In this document: in pieces, positions 1-6,952 of the stretch
Layout of the letters: each line of letters opens with the position of its first letter
Position numbering within the stretch: the stretch's first letter is position 1
Assembly (NCBI GenBank): GCA_963765145.1
Contig: CAVXVG010000014.1
Location: forward strand, 1-10,466
Length of the DNA stretch: 10,466 nucleotides
DNA from: Parachlamydiales bacterium
GTDB lineage: Bacteria > Chlamydiota > Chlamydiia > Chlamydiales > JAJFMK01
Direction of reading: 5' to 3'
Program-made: the position numbers and the translations under genes
The notes under the pieces: generated by a model
What the model was told of the DNA's origin: nothing
Databases searched by the model: none
The model's input: the letters and a program-made list of their open reading frames with translations, nothing else

Positions 1-251
1 GTCATATTTGCCTTATTTGTATTAGAAAACAGATTGTTGGCAAAAGGATAGTAATCTCCTGAAGTCCACCATAAAAATTCTGCAGCGAAAAGCAGCTTAC
101 CTGCACGACATTCATCCGCCATCTCATATTCATGATAACAATCGTTTGCTTGAAACAATTCTTCAGACCATTGCCAAGAATCATCGGCCGCGATCTGTCC
201 TCCCATAGCCGTTACACTCATTGCGGCTACAATCCATTTACTTTTTTTCAT
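1..251 (-). CDS. MOMP-like / Lpg1974-family outer-membrane beta-barrel protein, paralog 3 (5' part only, runs off window)
   Basis: Manual translation from ATG at 251: MKKSKWIVAAMSVTAMGGQIAADDSWQWSEELFQANDCYHEYEMADECRAGKLLFAAEFLWWTSGDYYPFANNLFSNTNKANM..., open to the edge. It has a signal-peptide-like start and the same DEC..K....EFLWWT.G...PFANN motif as the two upstream genes. Not in the ORF track, whose 2..184 ORF is another frame. Confidence 0.88.
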   Translation of the reverse strand, partial: MKKSKWIVAAMSVTAMGGQIAADDSWQWSEELFQANDCYHEYEMADECRAGKLLFAAEFLWWTSGDYYPFANNLFSNTNKANM

Positions 252-291
252 AGGTACTCGAGCCCTTAATAGCTTTTTTTACTAAAATTTG

Positions 292-320
292 ACTCTAAGG
301 AATTTATTTTTATGGAGCAA
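292..320 (-). promoter_or_regulatory. Putative sigma70/sigma66-type promoter of paralog 3
   Basis: - strand TTGCTC (320-315), 17-nt spacer, TAGAGT (297-292), directly after the terminator of the preceding gene. Confidence 0.45.
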
Positions 321-328
321 GAGCAAAT

Positions 329-359
329 AAAAAAGCCCCCAAAGAGGGAGGCTTTTTTT
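329..359 (-). terminator. Rho-independent terminator after paralog 2 (possibly bidirectional)
   Basis: - strand AAAAAAAGCCTCC-CTCTTT-GGGGGCTTTTTT, about 25 nt after the stop codon at 385, with A/T tracts on both sides. Confidence 0.8.
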
Positions 360-384
360 ATCCAAAAAGACCCTGTAGATCTGA

Positions 385-1554
385 TTAGAAGCTAACAGCA
401 CAACCGGTGGTTAGACCTGTTAAAGAAAGCTGTCTTTCAAACAAGAGCCGATTTGAGGCGCCCCAATAGGTGTTCCCTTCCCACATAGCAAAGCAATTGA
501 TATTGAAGAGTCTTTGAAAGAGGCAAATTTCCATCTCGTATCCAAATCCAAGCTGAACTTGAAGGTTTGGAACGATCAAATTGTATCGATCTTTGGTAGT
601 TGTATACGTTGATATAATAACGGTAGGATCTTGAAGGAGACTATCTTTTGAATCGATGGTAGTTCTAGGGTCATAACTTGATACGCTATAACCTTGCTCC
701 ATTCTGCCATACAAAATACCTCCGGAAATGGTTCCAAGCAGGTTAAAACCACACCAATCTCCAAGTGTCGCTGCAAGGCCTAACCTTGGGCCTACTGCCC
801 AAAGATTTTGATAGGCTCTGTTATTAGTCCCTTCAAATGCAAAAATTCCCGGTATTGCTGTTGCATCAGCAAGTCCTTGCAACTTCAAGGCATCACGTTG
901 ATGGATGAAAGCGGCTCTTACCCCTGCAAAAGGCATTAACTCTAGAGAATCACAAAGACAAAGAGGTTTTCCAAAAACCAGGTCTGCAACGTTAAAATTG
1001 AGCTTATAGGTAGCAGTTGCACTCAAGCCGGCAGGAGCAACATTGCCCGGAAAGACATCGCCAACTACAGGAAAATCAATAAACCCTTCATTCAGCCCTG
1101 CGCCAAATACAGGTGGTGCGACCGGTGGAGGCGGTGTGGCGTTTAATACACGGCGAGCATAGTTGCTATACTCTGTCCATATCCCCCAAATCTGCCACTG
1201 CCCTTCTCCTGATTCCCACCCAAGCCCTAGACGGTTACCTGAAGACCATTTTTCGCTGATCCGGGCGTAAGGTTCACTCAAAGTGTTAACCGCTGAAGCA
1301 AACGGAGTGGTTGTCGAGGTGACTGGCAACCCTGTATTAAGAAAATCGTTGTTTGCAAAAGGTGTGGTATTACCTTGTGTCCACCAAAGGAATTCTGACA
1401 ACCAGAGGATTTTGCCTTCGCAGCATTCATCGCCGTATTCGTAAGCATAATCAAAATCTCCATCTGACCATTCCCAAGGTTCTGTGGCTTGGATTTGACT
1501 TGCAAAAACTGTTGAGCAGACTGCTAAGCCAACAAGTAGTTTAATTTTTCTCAT
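385..1554 (-). CDS. MOMP-like / Lpg1974-family pore-forming outer-membrane protein, paralog 2 (389 aa)
   Basis: N-terminal signal peptide (MRKIKLLVGLAVCSTVFASQIQA), alternating amphipathic beta-strand patterns (RLGLGWE, LMPFAGVRAAFIHQ, GPRLGL, QVQLGFGY), C-terminal Phe and multiple Cys. Clearly homologous to 1685..2812. Confidence 0.8.
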   Translation of the reverse strand: MRKIKLLVGLAVCSTVFASQIQATEPWEWSDGDFDYAYEYGDECCEGKILWLSEFLWWTQGNTTPFANNDFLNTGLPVTSTTTPFASAVNTLSEPYARISEKWSSGNRLGLGWESGEGQWQIWGIWTEYSNYARRVLNATPPPPVAPPVFGAGLNEGFIDFPVVGDVFPGNVAPAGLSATATYKLNFNVADLVFGKPLCLCDSLELMPFAGVRAAFIHQRDALKLQGLADATAIPGIFAFEGTNNRAYQNLWAVGPRLGLAATLGDWCGFNLLGTISGGILYGRMEQGYSVSSYDPRTTIDSKDSLLQDPTVIISTYTTTKDRYNLIVPNLQVQLGFGYEMEICLFQRLFNINCFAMWEGNTYWGASNRLLFERQLSLTGLTTGCAVSF

Positions 1555-1590
1555 GGGGAAACCCCTTCCTATTGTTAATATTAAATTTGG

Positions 1591-1619
1591 AATCTAAAAT
1601 TAGGCAGATATATTTGCAA
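1591..1619 (-). promoter_or_regulatory. Putative sigma70/sigma66-type promoter of paralog 2
   Basis: - strand TTGCAA (1619-1614), 17-nt spacer, TAGATT (1596-1591), immediately after the upstream terminator. Confidence 0.5.
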
Positions 1620-1622
1620 CAG

Positions 1623-1657
1623 AAAAAAAAGGCCTTCGGAATTACTTCCGAAGGCCT
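1623..1657 (-). terminator. Rho-independent terminator after paralog 1
   Basis: Perfect 12-bp stem AGGCCTTCGGAA/TTCCGAAGGCCT with a GTAA tetraloop on the - strand, followed by a T-tract, about 27 nt after the stop codon at 1685. Confidence 0.9.
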
Positions 1658-1684
1658 CTTTGTTTTAAGCTAAAACTGAGGGTA

Positions 1685-2812
1685 TCACCAGTTGTAAGCA
1701 ATACCAGTAGTTAGACCATTCAAACCAAGTCCTCTTTCGAAAAGGAATACGTTTGAACCGCCCCAGTAGTAGTTGCCTTCCCACATAGCAAAGATATCGA
1801 TGCTATCTTGCTCGCAGTTGAAGTCAAATCTATAACCAAAACCGAGCTGAACTTGAATGTTCGGAATGATTGGGCTATAGCGATCACGTGTGAGAGAATT
1901 GGTTGTAACAATGGATGTTCCATCAAAAGCAGTCGTTGCAGTTGTACCATGTAATTTTGTTTGGCCAAAAAGGATCGACCCGGAAATATTTCCAAGGAGA
2001 GTAAATCCGTGCCAATCACCCCATTCTGCACCCAAACCAAGTCTTGGACCTACGCCCCAAGTCTTTTGTGACAAACGGGAGCTTGCAGGCGCAAAACCAG
2101 CTGGGACTGTAGGGAATAATCCACCTTCGAGGAGAGGTGCCCCTGTAAAATAGGCACTTTGTCTTTGGTGAATCCAAGTCGCTCTGACACCAGCATAAGG
2201 GATTAAAACAAGGTTGCACTCAGGCCTGAGCTCTTTTGCAAAAACCAAATCGGCTACATTGTAGTTGAGTTTGTATGCGGCAGTGACCGAAGTTCCGGCG
2301 CCATCAAACTCAAGGAATCCTGCACCAATAGGTGATTCTAGGAAGCCTAATGCAGAAGGAGTTCCAGCAACCGGAGCTATGATTGGAGGGATAGAATTGA
2401 TAACACGACGTGCATAGTTAGAGTAGCCAGTCCACTTACCCCAAATTTGCCAGCCGCCTTCAGTTTCCCAGCCTAAACCGACTCTTGCACCGGGAGACCA
2501 CTTTTCGCTGATGCGCACATAAGGCTCATTCACAGTGTCTACTACGCTTGGAAATGGAGCTGTTGGAGATGTTACAGGAGCACCCGGAGTAGTGTAGGTA
2601 TTGTTAGCAAATGGAAAATAGGTGCCTGGTGTCCACCATAGGAACTCAGCCTCTACCAATATTTTGCTTTGTGGGCAGCATTCATCGTACCCATAGTAGT
2701 TGTTGTTATCATAGCTATTATCCCACTCAACGTAGGCTCCATCCCAATTAGCATGGAGGCCGCTAGACAACATTAAAGCAGTCATGCTGCCTAATAATAG
2801 TTGTTTCTTCAC
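1685..2812 (-). CDS. MOMP-like / Lpg1974-family pore-forming outer-membrane protein, paralog 1 (375 aa, GTG start)
   Basis: Signal peptide (MKKQLLLGSMTALMLSSGLHA), SD-like AAGAGG upstream, beta-strand motifs shared with 385..1554 (EFLWWT, RISEKWS.G.R.GLGWE, YKLN.NVADLVF, FAMWEGN.YWG), C-terminal Y-x-W. Confidence 0.8.
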   Translation of the reverse strand: MKKQLLLGSMTALMLSSGLHANWDGAYVEWDNSYDNNNYYGYDECCPQSKILVEAEFLWWTPGTYFPFANNTYTTPGAPVTSPTAPFPSVVDTVNEPYVRISEKWSPGARVGLGWETEGGWQIWGKWTGYSNYARRVINSIPPIIAPVAGTPSALGFLESPIGAGFLEFDGAGTSVTAAYKLNYNVADLVFAKELRPECNLVLIPYAGVRATWIHQRQSAYFTGAPLLEGGLFPTVPAGFAPASSRLSQKTWGVGPRLGLGAEWGDWHGFTLLGNISGSILFGQTKLHGTTATTAFDGTSIVTTNSLTRDRYSPIIPNIQVQLGFGYRFDFNCEQDSIDIFAMWEGNYYWGGSNVFLFERGLGLNGLTTGIAYNW

Positions 2813-2849
2813 GAGGTAACCTCTTTTTTAATTTTCTTCTAAAATCAGA

Positions 2850-2878
2850 ACCTTAATCTTATAGCAATATCTTGACAA
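2850..2878 (-). promoter_or_regulatory. Putative sigma70/sigma66-type promoter of paralog 1
   Basis: - strand TTGTCA (2878-2873), 17-nt spacer, TAAGGT (2855-2850), at a similar distance from the start codon as in the other two paralogs. Confidence 0.45.
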
Positions 2879-2969
2879 CCCCCTACCATTTACGCTTTAT
2901 TTAGGGCTTGAAAAAAGGGATGCCATTCCCTTGAATGACACAACATATCTACCTAAGAGGCAATTATTT

Positions 2970-3401
2970 ATGTCGATCGTAAAAACCGCTCCTCTGGAAA
3001 AGTCTAAGGTCAAACCCTTGATTGACAGCTTTTTCAGACAGTTCGAAACTTGCTGCAATCGACAGACTGCACCAACTCAATCAGAATTTGAAAGCATTTT
3101 GGCAGACAATTTCCAAATCTCGAGCAACAACAAACTCGTAGGAAAAAACAGACAAGAATATCTTGAAAGGATCAAAAAGTTTCAAAAAAATTACATTCAG
3201 GTCAAAATATCGGCCCCTCTTGAAGAACCGATCATCTCAGAAAACAAAGTTGTTGTTCGATATGATGCAGAACTTGTGACAAGGGAGCAGCAAAAAAACA
3301 TGTTAGTTAACATCATGGCTATTGCAACTATCGACAACAACCTTTTGACAAGCTGGTCTCAAATAGCCCACGTCATGGGTCGTGACGAGTGGGATTCTTG
3401 A
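2970..3401 (+). CDS. SnoaL-like / NTF2-fold protein (143 aa)
   Basis: NTF2-like pattern (ILADNFQISSN...GKNRQEYL...ENKVVVRY...MAIATIDNNLLTSWSQI). ATG at 2970 follows AAGAGG and is preferred over the TTG at 2931 in the ORF track. Confidence 0.65.
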   Translation: MSIVKTAPLEKSKVKPLIDSFFRQFETCCNRQTAPTQSEFESILADNFQISSNNKLVGKNRQEYLERIKKFQKNYIQVKISAPLEEPIISENKVVVRYDAELVTREQQKNMLVNIMAIATIDNNLLTSWSQIAHVMGRDEWDS

Positions 3402-4804
3402 GGGCAGTTGTTCTTCTTTTAATATTTACTCTTGGCTGCCGCGTGGGCCCTACTTACGACCCACCCTGTTTTGTTGCACCTACAGAGTGGAAAGCAGAGG
3501 ATCGGAGCGTCAATGCCCCCGATGTCGAAGATTGGTGGGACATCTTTTACGATCCTGTCCTCGATTCTCTCGAAGAAATAGCACTTCGCAACAGCCCCAC
3601 TCTTTACATCGCCTTGCAAAGAGTGGTTGAATCAAGAGCCATATTAGGTGTCGCAAAATCTGAGCTTTATCCTGAGGCCAACTTAGCCCCAAGCTATAAT
3701 GATTCTGGCTATCTGTTTAAACTGTTAGGTTTGGGCGCTTTTCCCATCCCTTCTGTTGAGCGGATCAACCCCATCGTCCGTGTACATCAGGTAGAGTACA
3801 CACTGCCTCTGAACATGTCTTACGAGCTTGATTTATGGGGAAAAATACGCTCTGAAGTGGACGCTGCCAAATTCAATTTGCAAGCTGAAGAAGAAGACTT
3901 TTTCAACACTTTGCTAACTTTAACGACAGATGTGGCTACCAACTACTTTCTGATGCGCTCATTGGATACCGAAATTACCGTATTAGAAGAATCGGCACGA
4001 GTACAAAAGAACAGCTACGATTTGACTTTGTCTCGTTATGAAAAAGGGCTTGTCAATTACTTAGATGTGACAGAAAGCCTGGCCACTTTGGCCCAAACCG
4101 AAGCTAACCTTGATGACACGATGCGACAACGGACATTGCAAGAAAATACAATTGCCGTCTTGCTAGGCTTAAATGCTAGCTGTTTTCATCTCGATCGAGA
4201 CCCACTGATTTCGTTACCTCCGCCTGTACCTGTCGGCTTGCCTTGTTCCGTCTTGCTGCGGCGACCCGACTTGAGAAAATTAGAGCGAGATGCAGCTGCC
4301 GATCATGCGCTGATTAATATCGTCTATGCCTCTTTCTTTCCCTCTTTTTCCCTGACCGGCGCACTTGGTTTTCAGAGCCCCGATTTCCGTGATTTTCTTT
4401 CCTGGCAAAGCAGGTTATGGTCGATAGGGGCCAACGCAATGCAGGTCATTTTTGATGGGGGAAGACGCTGCAGCGCGCTTGAACTTGCTTATGCCAATTT
4501 TCGAACCGCAGAAGCCAACTACCAAGAAGGGGTGATCACTGCTTTGCAAGAAGTAGAAAACGCCCTGAATAATTTGGAATGGCAAAACAAACAACTTTCC
4601 AACTTAAAAATCGCGTTTGACGCCAATGAAAAAGCCCTTTCCTTATCAAAAAATCGATATAACGAGGGGTTGGTTAATTATTTAGAAGTAGACACCAACC
4701 AACGGAACGCTTTGCAAGCAGAAAGTGCCTATACCAATGCTTTAGGGCAATATTATCTTTCGACCGTTAGTTTAATCAAAGCAATCGGCGGCAGTTGGGA
4801 CTAG
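3389..4804 (+). CDS. Outer-membrane efflux lipoprotein, NodT/OprM/TolC family (471 aa)
   Basis: Lipobox TLG-C17 followed by VGPTY; motifs WWDIFYDPVLDSL, SYELDLWGKIR, LLRRPDL, FFPSFSLTG, ALQEVENAL and C-terminal LIKAIGGSW. Start overlaps the upstream stop by 13 nt. Confidence 0.92.
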   Translation: MGFLRAVVLLLIFTLGCRVGPTYDPPCFVAPTEWKAEDRSVNAPDVEDWWDIFYDPVLDSLEEIALRNSPTLYIALQRVVESRAILGVAKSELYPEANLAPSYNDSGYLFKLLGLGAFPIPSVERINPIVRVHQVEYTLPLNMSYELDLWGKIRSEVDAAKFNLQAEEEDFFNTLLTLTTDVATNYFLMRSLDTEITVLEESARVQKNSYDLTLSRYEKGLVNYLDVTESLATLAQTEANLDDTMRQRTLQENTIAVLLGLNASCFHLDRDPLISLPPPVPVGLPCSVLLRRPDLRKLERDAAADHALINIVYASFFPSFSLTGALGFQSPDFRDFLSWQSRLWSIGANAMQVIFDGGRRCSALELAYANFRTAEANYQEGVITALQEVENALNNLEWQNKQLSNLKIAFDANEKALSLSKNRYNEGLVNYLEVDTNQRNALQAESAYTNALGQYYLSTVSLIKAIGGSWD

Positions 4805-4826
4805 CTCGCGAAGCGTTTGGGGTGCT
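4805..4826. repeat. Solo left arm of the palindromic element at 9695-9795
   Basis: CTCGCGAAGCGTTTGGGGTGCT matches 9695-9716 at 21/22 positions and begins on the base right after the TAG stop. Confidence 0.8.
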
Positions 4827-4863
4827 CGAAGTCCTCTTCATACGCATTAAGCTAAGGATTTAT

Positions 4864-4949
4864 AGACCGAAGGTCTTAAGGTGCAACAGGCCAGGGCATC
4901 GCCCTGGTCAAGAATGGAAAATAAATTTGGTAGCCTGTAGGGCTACAGG
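4864..4949. repeat. REP-like cluster of three short hairpins
   Basis: AGACC-GAA-GGTCT (4864-4876), CCAGGGC-ATC-GCCCTGG (4891-4907), GTAGCC-TGTAG-GGCTAC (4930-4946). Confidence 0.55.
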
Positions 4950-5022
4950 ATGCCTTCCTAATTAAATTAGCTCTCTACACAACTACGCCATTAAATACTT
5001 CCCGTGGTAAAATATCTTCTTT

Positions 5023-6246
5023 ATGAGCAATTCCTTCCGCTTTAAATTAGCTGCCGTTCTAGGAAATATTTTAGAGCACTACGATAGTGCCCTCTTTGCC
5101 CTGCTCGCCCCCTTCATCGCCCCTCTATTTTTTAACCAAACAGACCCTGTCACATCTCTTCTGTTAACTTATGCCATTTTACCTTTGGGCAGGCTCGTTC
5201 GACCCGTCGGTTCCCTTGTTTTTGGTTGGATTGGAGACCGATGGGGCAGAAAAGAGGCCTTATCGATCTCTCTATTTGGAATGGCCCTTTCCACAGTAGC
5301 GATTGGATGTCTCCCAACGGCCGATCAAATCGGGATGTTAGCGCCCCTCTTCTTGAGCTTGGGTCGCATGTGTCAAAGCTTTTTCGCAGCAGGAGAAGCT
5401 TCGGGAGGAGCCATTTTTGTTTTGGAACAGACAGAACAAAAAAAGCGAAGCCTGATGAGTGGATTTTTTGAATCTTCCACCGTTTTAGGCATTATCTTAG
5501 CCTCATTTTTGGTCATGGCGATGAGCCACTTTGAAGCAGTGCAAGTCTATTGGCGTTTTCTATTTTGGGGTGGTGGAATAACGGCCCTTTTTGCCCTTCT
5601 TCTCCGTTTAAATGGGAGAAACGACACCCATTTTAAACCTTCAGAAAAAATTCACCTCTTTCCGCTTCTTTTGACCCATCGAGCACGACTTTTACGCCTA
5701 GTGTTAGCATCCGGCTTTTCTTATACGACCTATTCTTTAGCCTTTACCTTTATGGCAGGGTTTTTCCCCATGGTCACTGACTACACTGCAAGCGATTTTA
5801 TGAAGGTGAACACCGGCCTGCTTTTTTTGGATATGCTGCTTCTCCCTTTTTTTGGCTGGGTTGCCAATAAAATCGGGAAAGAAAAGTTGATGCGATTTGC
5901 TGCTGCGGCGACCTCGCTTTTGGCCCTTCCTCTTTTTTTTCTGATGGGCACTTCTGCCGCGTTGGTTGTCCCTGTTATGATTGTTGTCTTAGGCGTAGCC
6001 TTTTCAGCATCCTATTCAGCATGGGCTTTGGACGAGGTGACTGAGCACCGCTATACCCTCATTTCATTTGGATACACAGTGGGGTCTCAATTGATTGGGG
6101 CGCCAGCTACCTTTCTTTGCCTGTTTCTTTACCAATCGACAGGATGGATCTGGGCCCCAGGACTTTATTTGGCTATTGTTTCGACAGCAGCCTTCTTTGC
6201 ATTAGCGAGTTCTAAAAAAGTTATAGCTCGCGTTAGTCGTCTCTAG
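5023..6246 (+). CDS. MFS transporter, metabolite:H+ symporter (ProP-like) family (407 aa)
   Basis: GNILEHYD at TM1, motif A (RPVGSLVFGWIGDRWGRK), GRMCQSFFAAGEASGGAIFVLE and about 12 hydrophobic segments. Substrate cannot be determined. Confidence 0.88.
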   Translation: MSNSFRFKLAAVLGNILEHYDSALFALLAPFIAPLFFNQTDPVTSLLLTYAILPLGRLVRPVGSLVFGWIGDRWGRKEALSISLFGMALSTVAIGCLPTADQIGMLAPLFLSLGRMCQSFFAAGEASGGAIFVLEQTEQKKRSLMSGFFESSTVLGIILASFLVMAMSHFEAVQVYWRFLFWGGGITALFALLLRLNGRNDTHFKPSEKIHLFPLLLTHRARLLRLVLASGFSYTTYSLAFTFMAGFFPMVTDYTASDFMKVNTGLLFLDMLLLPFFGWVANKIGKEKLMRFAAAATSLLALPLFFLMGTSAALVVPVMIVVLGVAFSASYSAWALDEVTEHRYTLISFGYTVGSQLIGAPATFLCLFLYQSTGWIWAPGLYLAIVSTAAFFALASSKKVIARVSRL

Positions 6247-6622
6247 CATCAAAGCTGATGGGCCCTGCGCCAAAATAGGTGATGAGGAAGGCTCCTCCAA
6301 GCAACGCCATATTTTTCATGAACATGATCTCTTGCATATAAGCAACTGAAGGGTCACTGACGCCCCAAAACTTGTGCATTGTAAAAGTAACCGGAATTAA
6401 GAATAGGATGATCAGCCAAGCGCCAATCCGCGCTTTATACCCAATCAGAATGCTTAAGCCTCCAAGCAGTGCGATTAGCCCGGCAAAGGGAACTAAAAAC
6501 CCTGCCATGGGAACGCCGGCGTTGCTTGCAAAGCCAATGGTGTTAGCAGTGAAATGGCCAAATGAGGCCAAAACAAACAGTGATGAAAATAAAATTCTTC
6601 CTATTAGAGCAAGTAAGCCCAT
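6233..6622 (-). CDS. DoxX-family membrane protein (129 aa)
   Basis: LIGRILFSSLFVLASFGHF, GGLSILIGYKARIGA, H-x-FW and FMKNMALLGG...GAGPISFD are typical of DoxX; SD AAGGA upstream; 3' end overlaps the MFS gene by 14 nt. Confidence 0.9.
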   Translation of the reverse strand: MGLLALIGRILFSSLFVLASFGHFTANTIGFASNAGVPMAGFLVPFAGLIALLGGLSILIGYKARIGAWLIILFLIPVTFTMHKFWGVSDPSVAYMQEIMFMKNMALLGGAFLITYFGAGPISFDARDD

Positions 6623-6728
6623 AAAAATCCTTTGTAATAGAACTTACATACAGAATTTCACAAAAAATCTTCAAGAACGAAAAAAATAAGATAACTGACC
6701 TAAGACATTCTCGTTGTAACGTAAAAAA

Positions 6729-6913
6729 ATAACAGGGTGAACAGGATGAACAGGATAAGCTCTGCCTAGCTTTACACTAGAGCGGTAAAAAAGATAAAAG
6801 GAGGGCTTCGCCTATCAAAATGCTTACTTAGGTGAAGCTTTCTTTTTATCTTTTTCCCACTTTAGAATAGATCTAGGCAGAGCTTATCCTGTTCATCCTG
6901 TTCATCCTGTTAT
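6729..6913. repeat. 185-nt long inverted repeat (MITE/REP-like or structured RNA) with terminal 9-mer tandem repeats
   Basis: 41-nt arms 6729-6769 and 6873-6913 are complementary at 40/41 positions. Pairing continues inward to a 14-nt loop (6815-6828). Arms contain three AACAGGATG-like units. Confidence 0.9.
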
Positions 6914-6952
6914 CTTCATTGGAGGCTTTTTCCTAGGATAATGCATAGCCTA

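Noticed and set aside
2..184. 60-aa ORF in the track
   Set aside because: Wrong frame; the frame starting at ATG 251 encodes a clear porin paralog over the same bases
476..1793. 18-nt direct repeat CCTTCCCACATAGCAAAG at 476-493 and 1776-1793 as a recombination or DGR signal
   Set aside because: Explained by the conserved FAMWEG coding motif in the paralogs; no adenine-specific variation pattern, reverse transcriptase or recombinase in view
2872..2900. Perfect TTGACA on the + strand as promoter for the SnoaL-OMF genes
   Set aside because: No convincing -10 hexamer at 16-18 nt spacing; the same bases fit better as the - strand -35 box of porin paralog 1
2931..2969. TTG start at 2931 for the SnoaL-like gene
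   Set aside because: It lies in a hairpin arm; ATG 2970 has a well-placed AAGAGG ribosome-binding site
4819..5022. Possible TPP riboswitch upstream of the MFS gene (GGGGTGCT start)
   Set aside because: Lacks the conserved CTGAGA and ACCTGA...GCGTAGGGA core; the GGGGTGCT belongs to the repeat arm shared with 9695
6731..6757. 9-mer tandem repeats as a CRISPR array or iterons
   Set aside because: No spacers, only three short units, mirrored as part of an inverted repeat, and no cas or rep genes nearby
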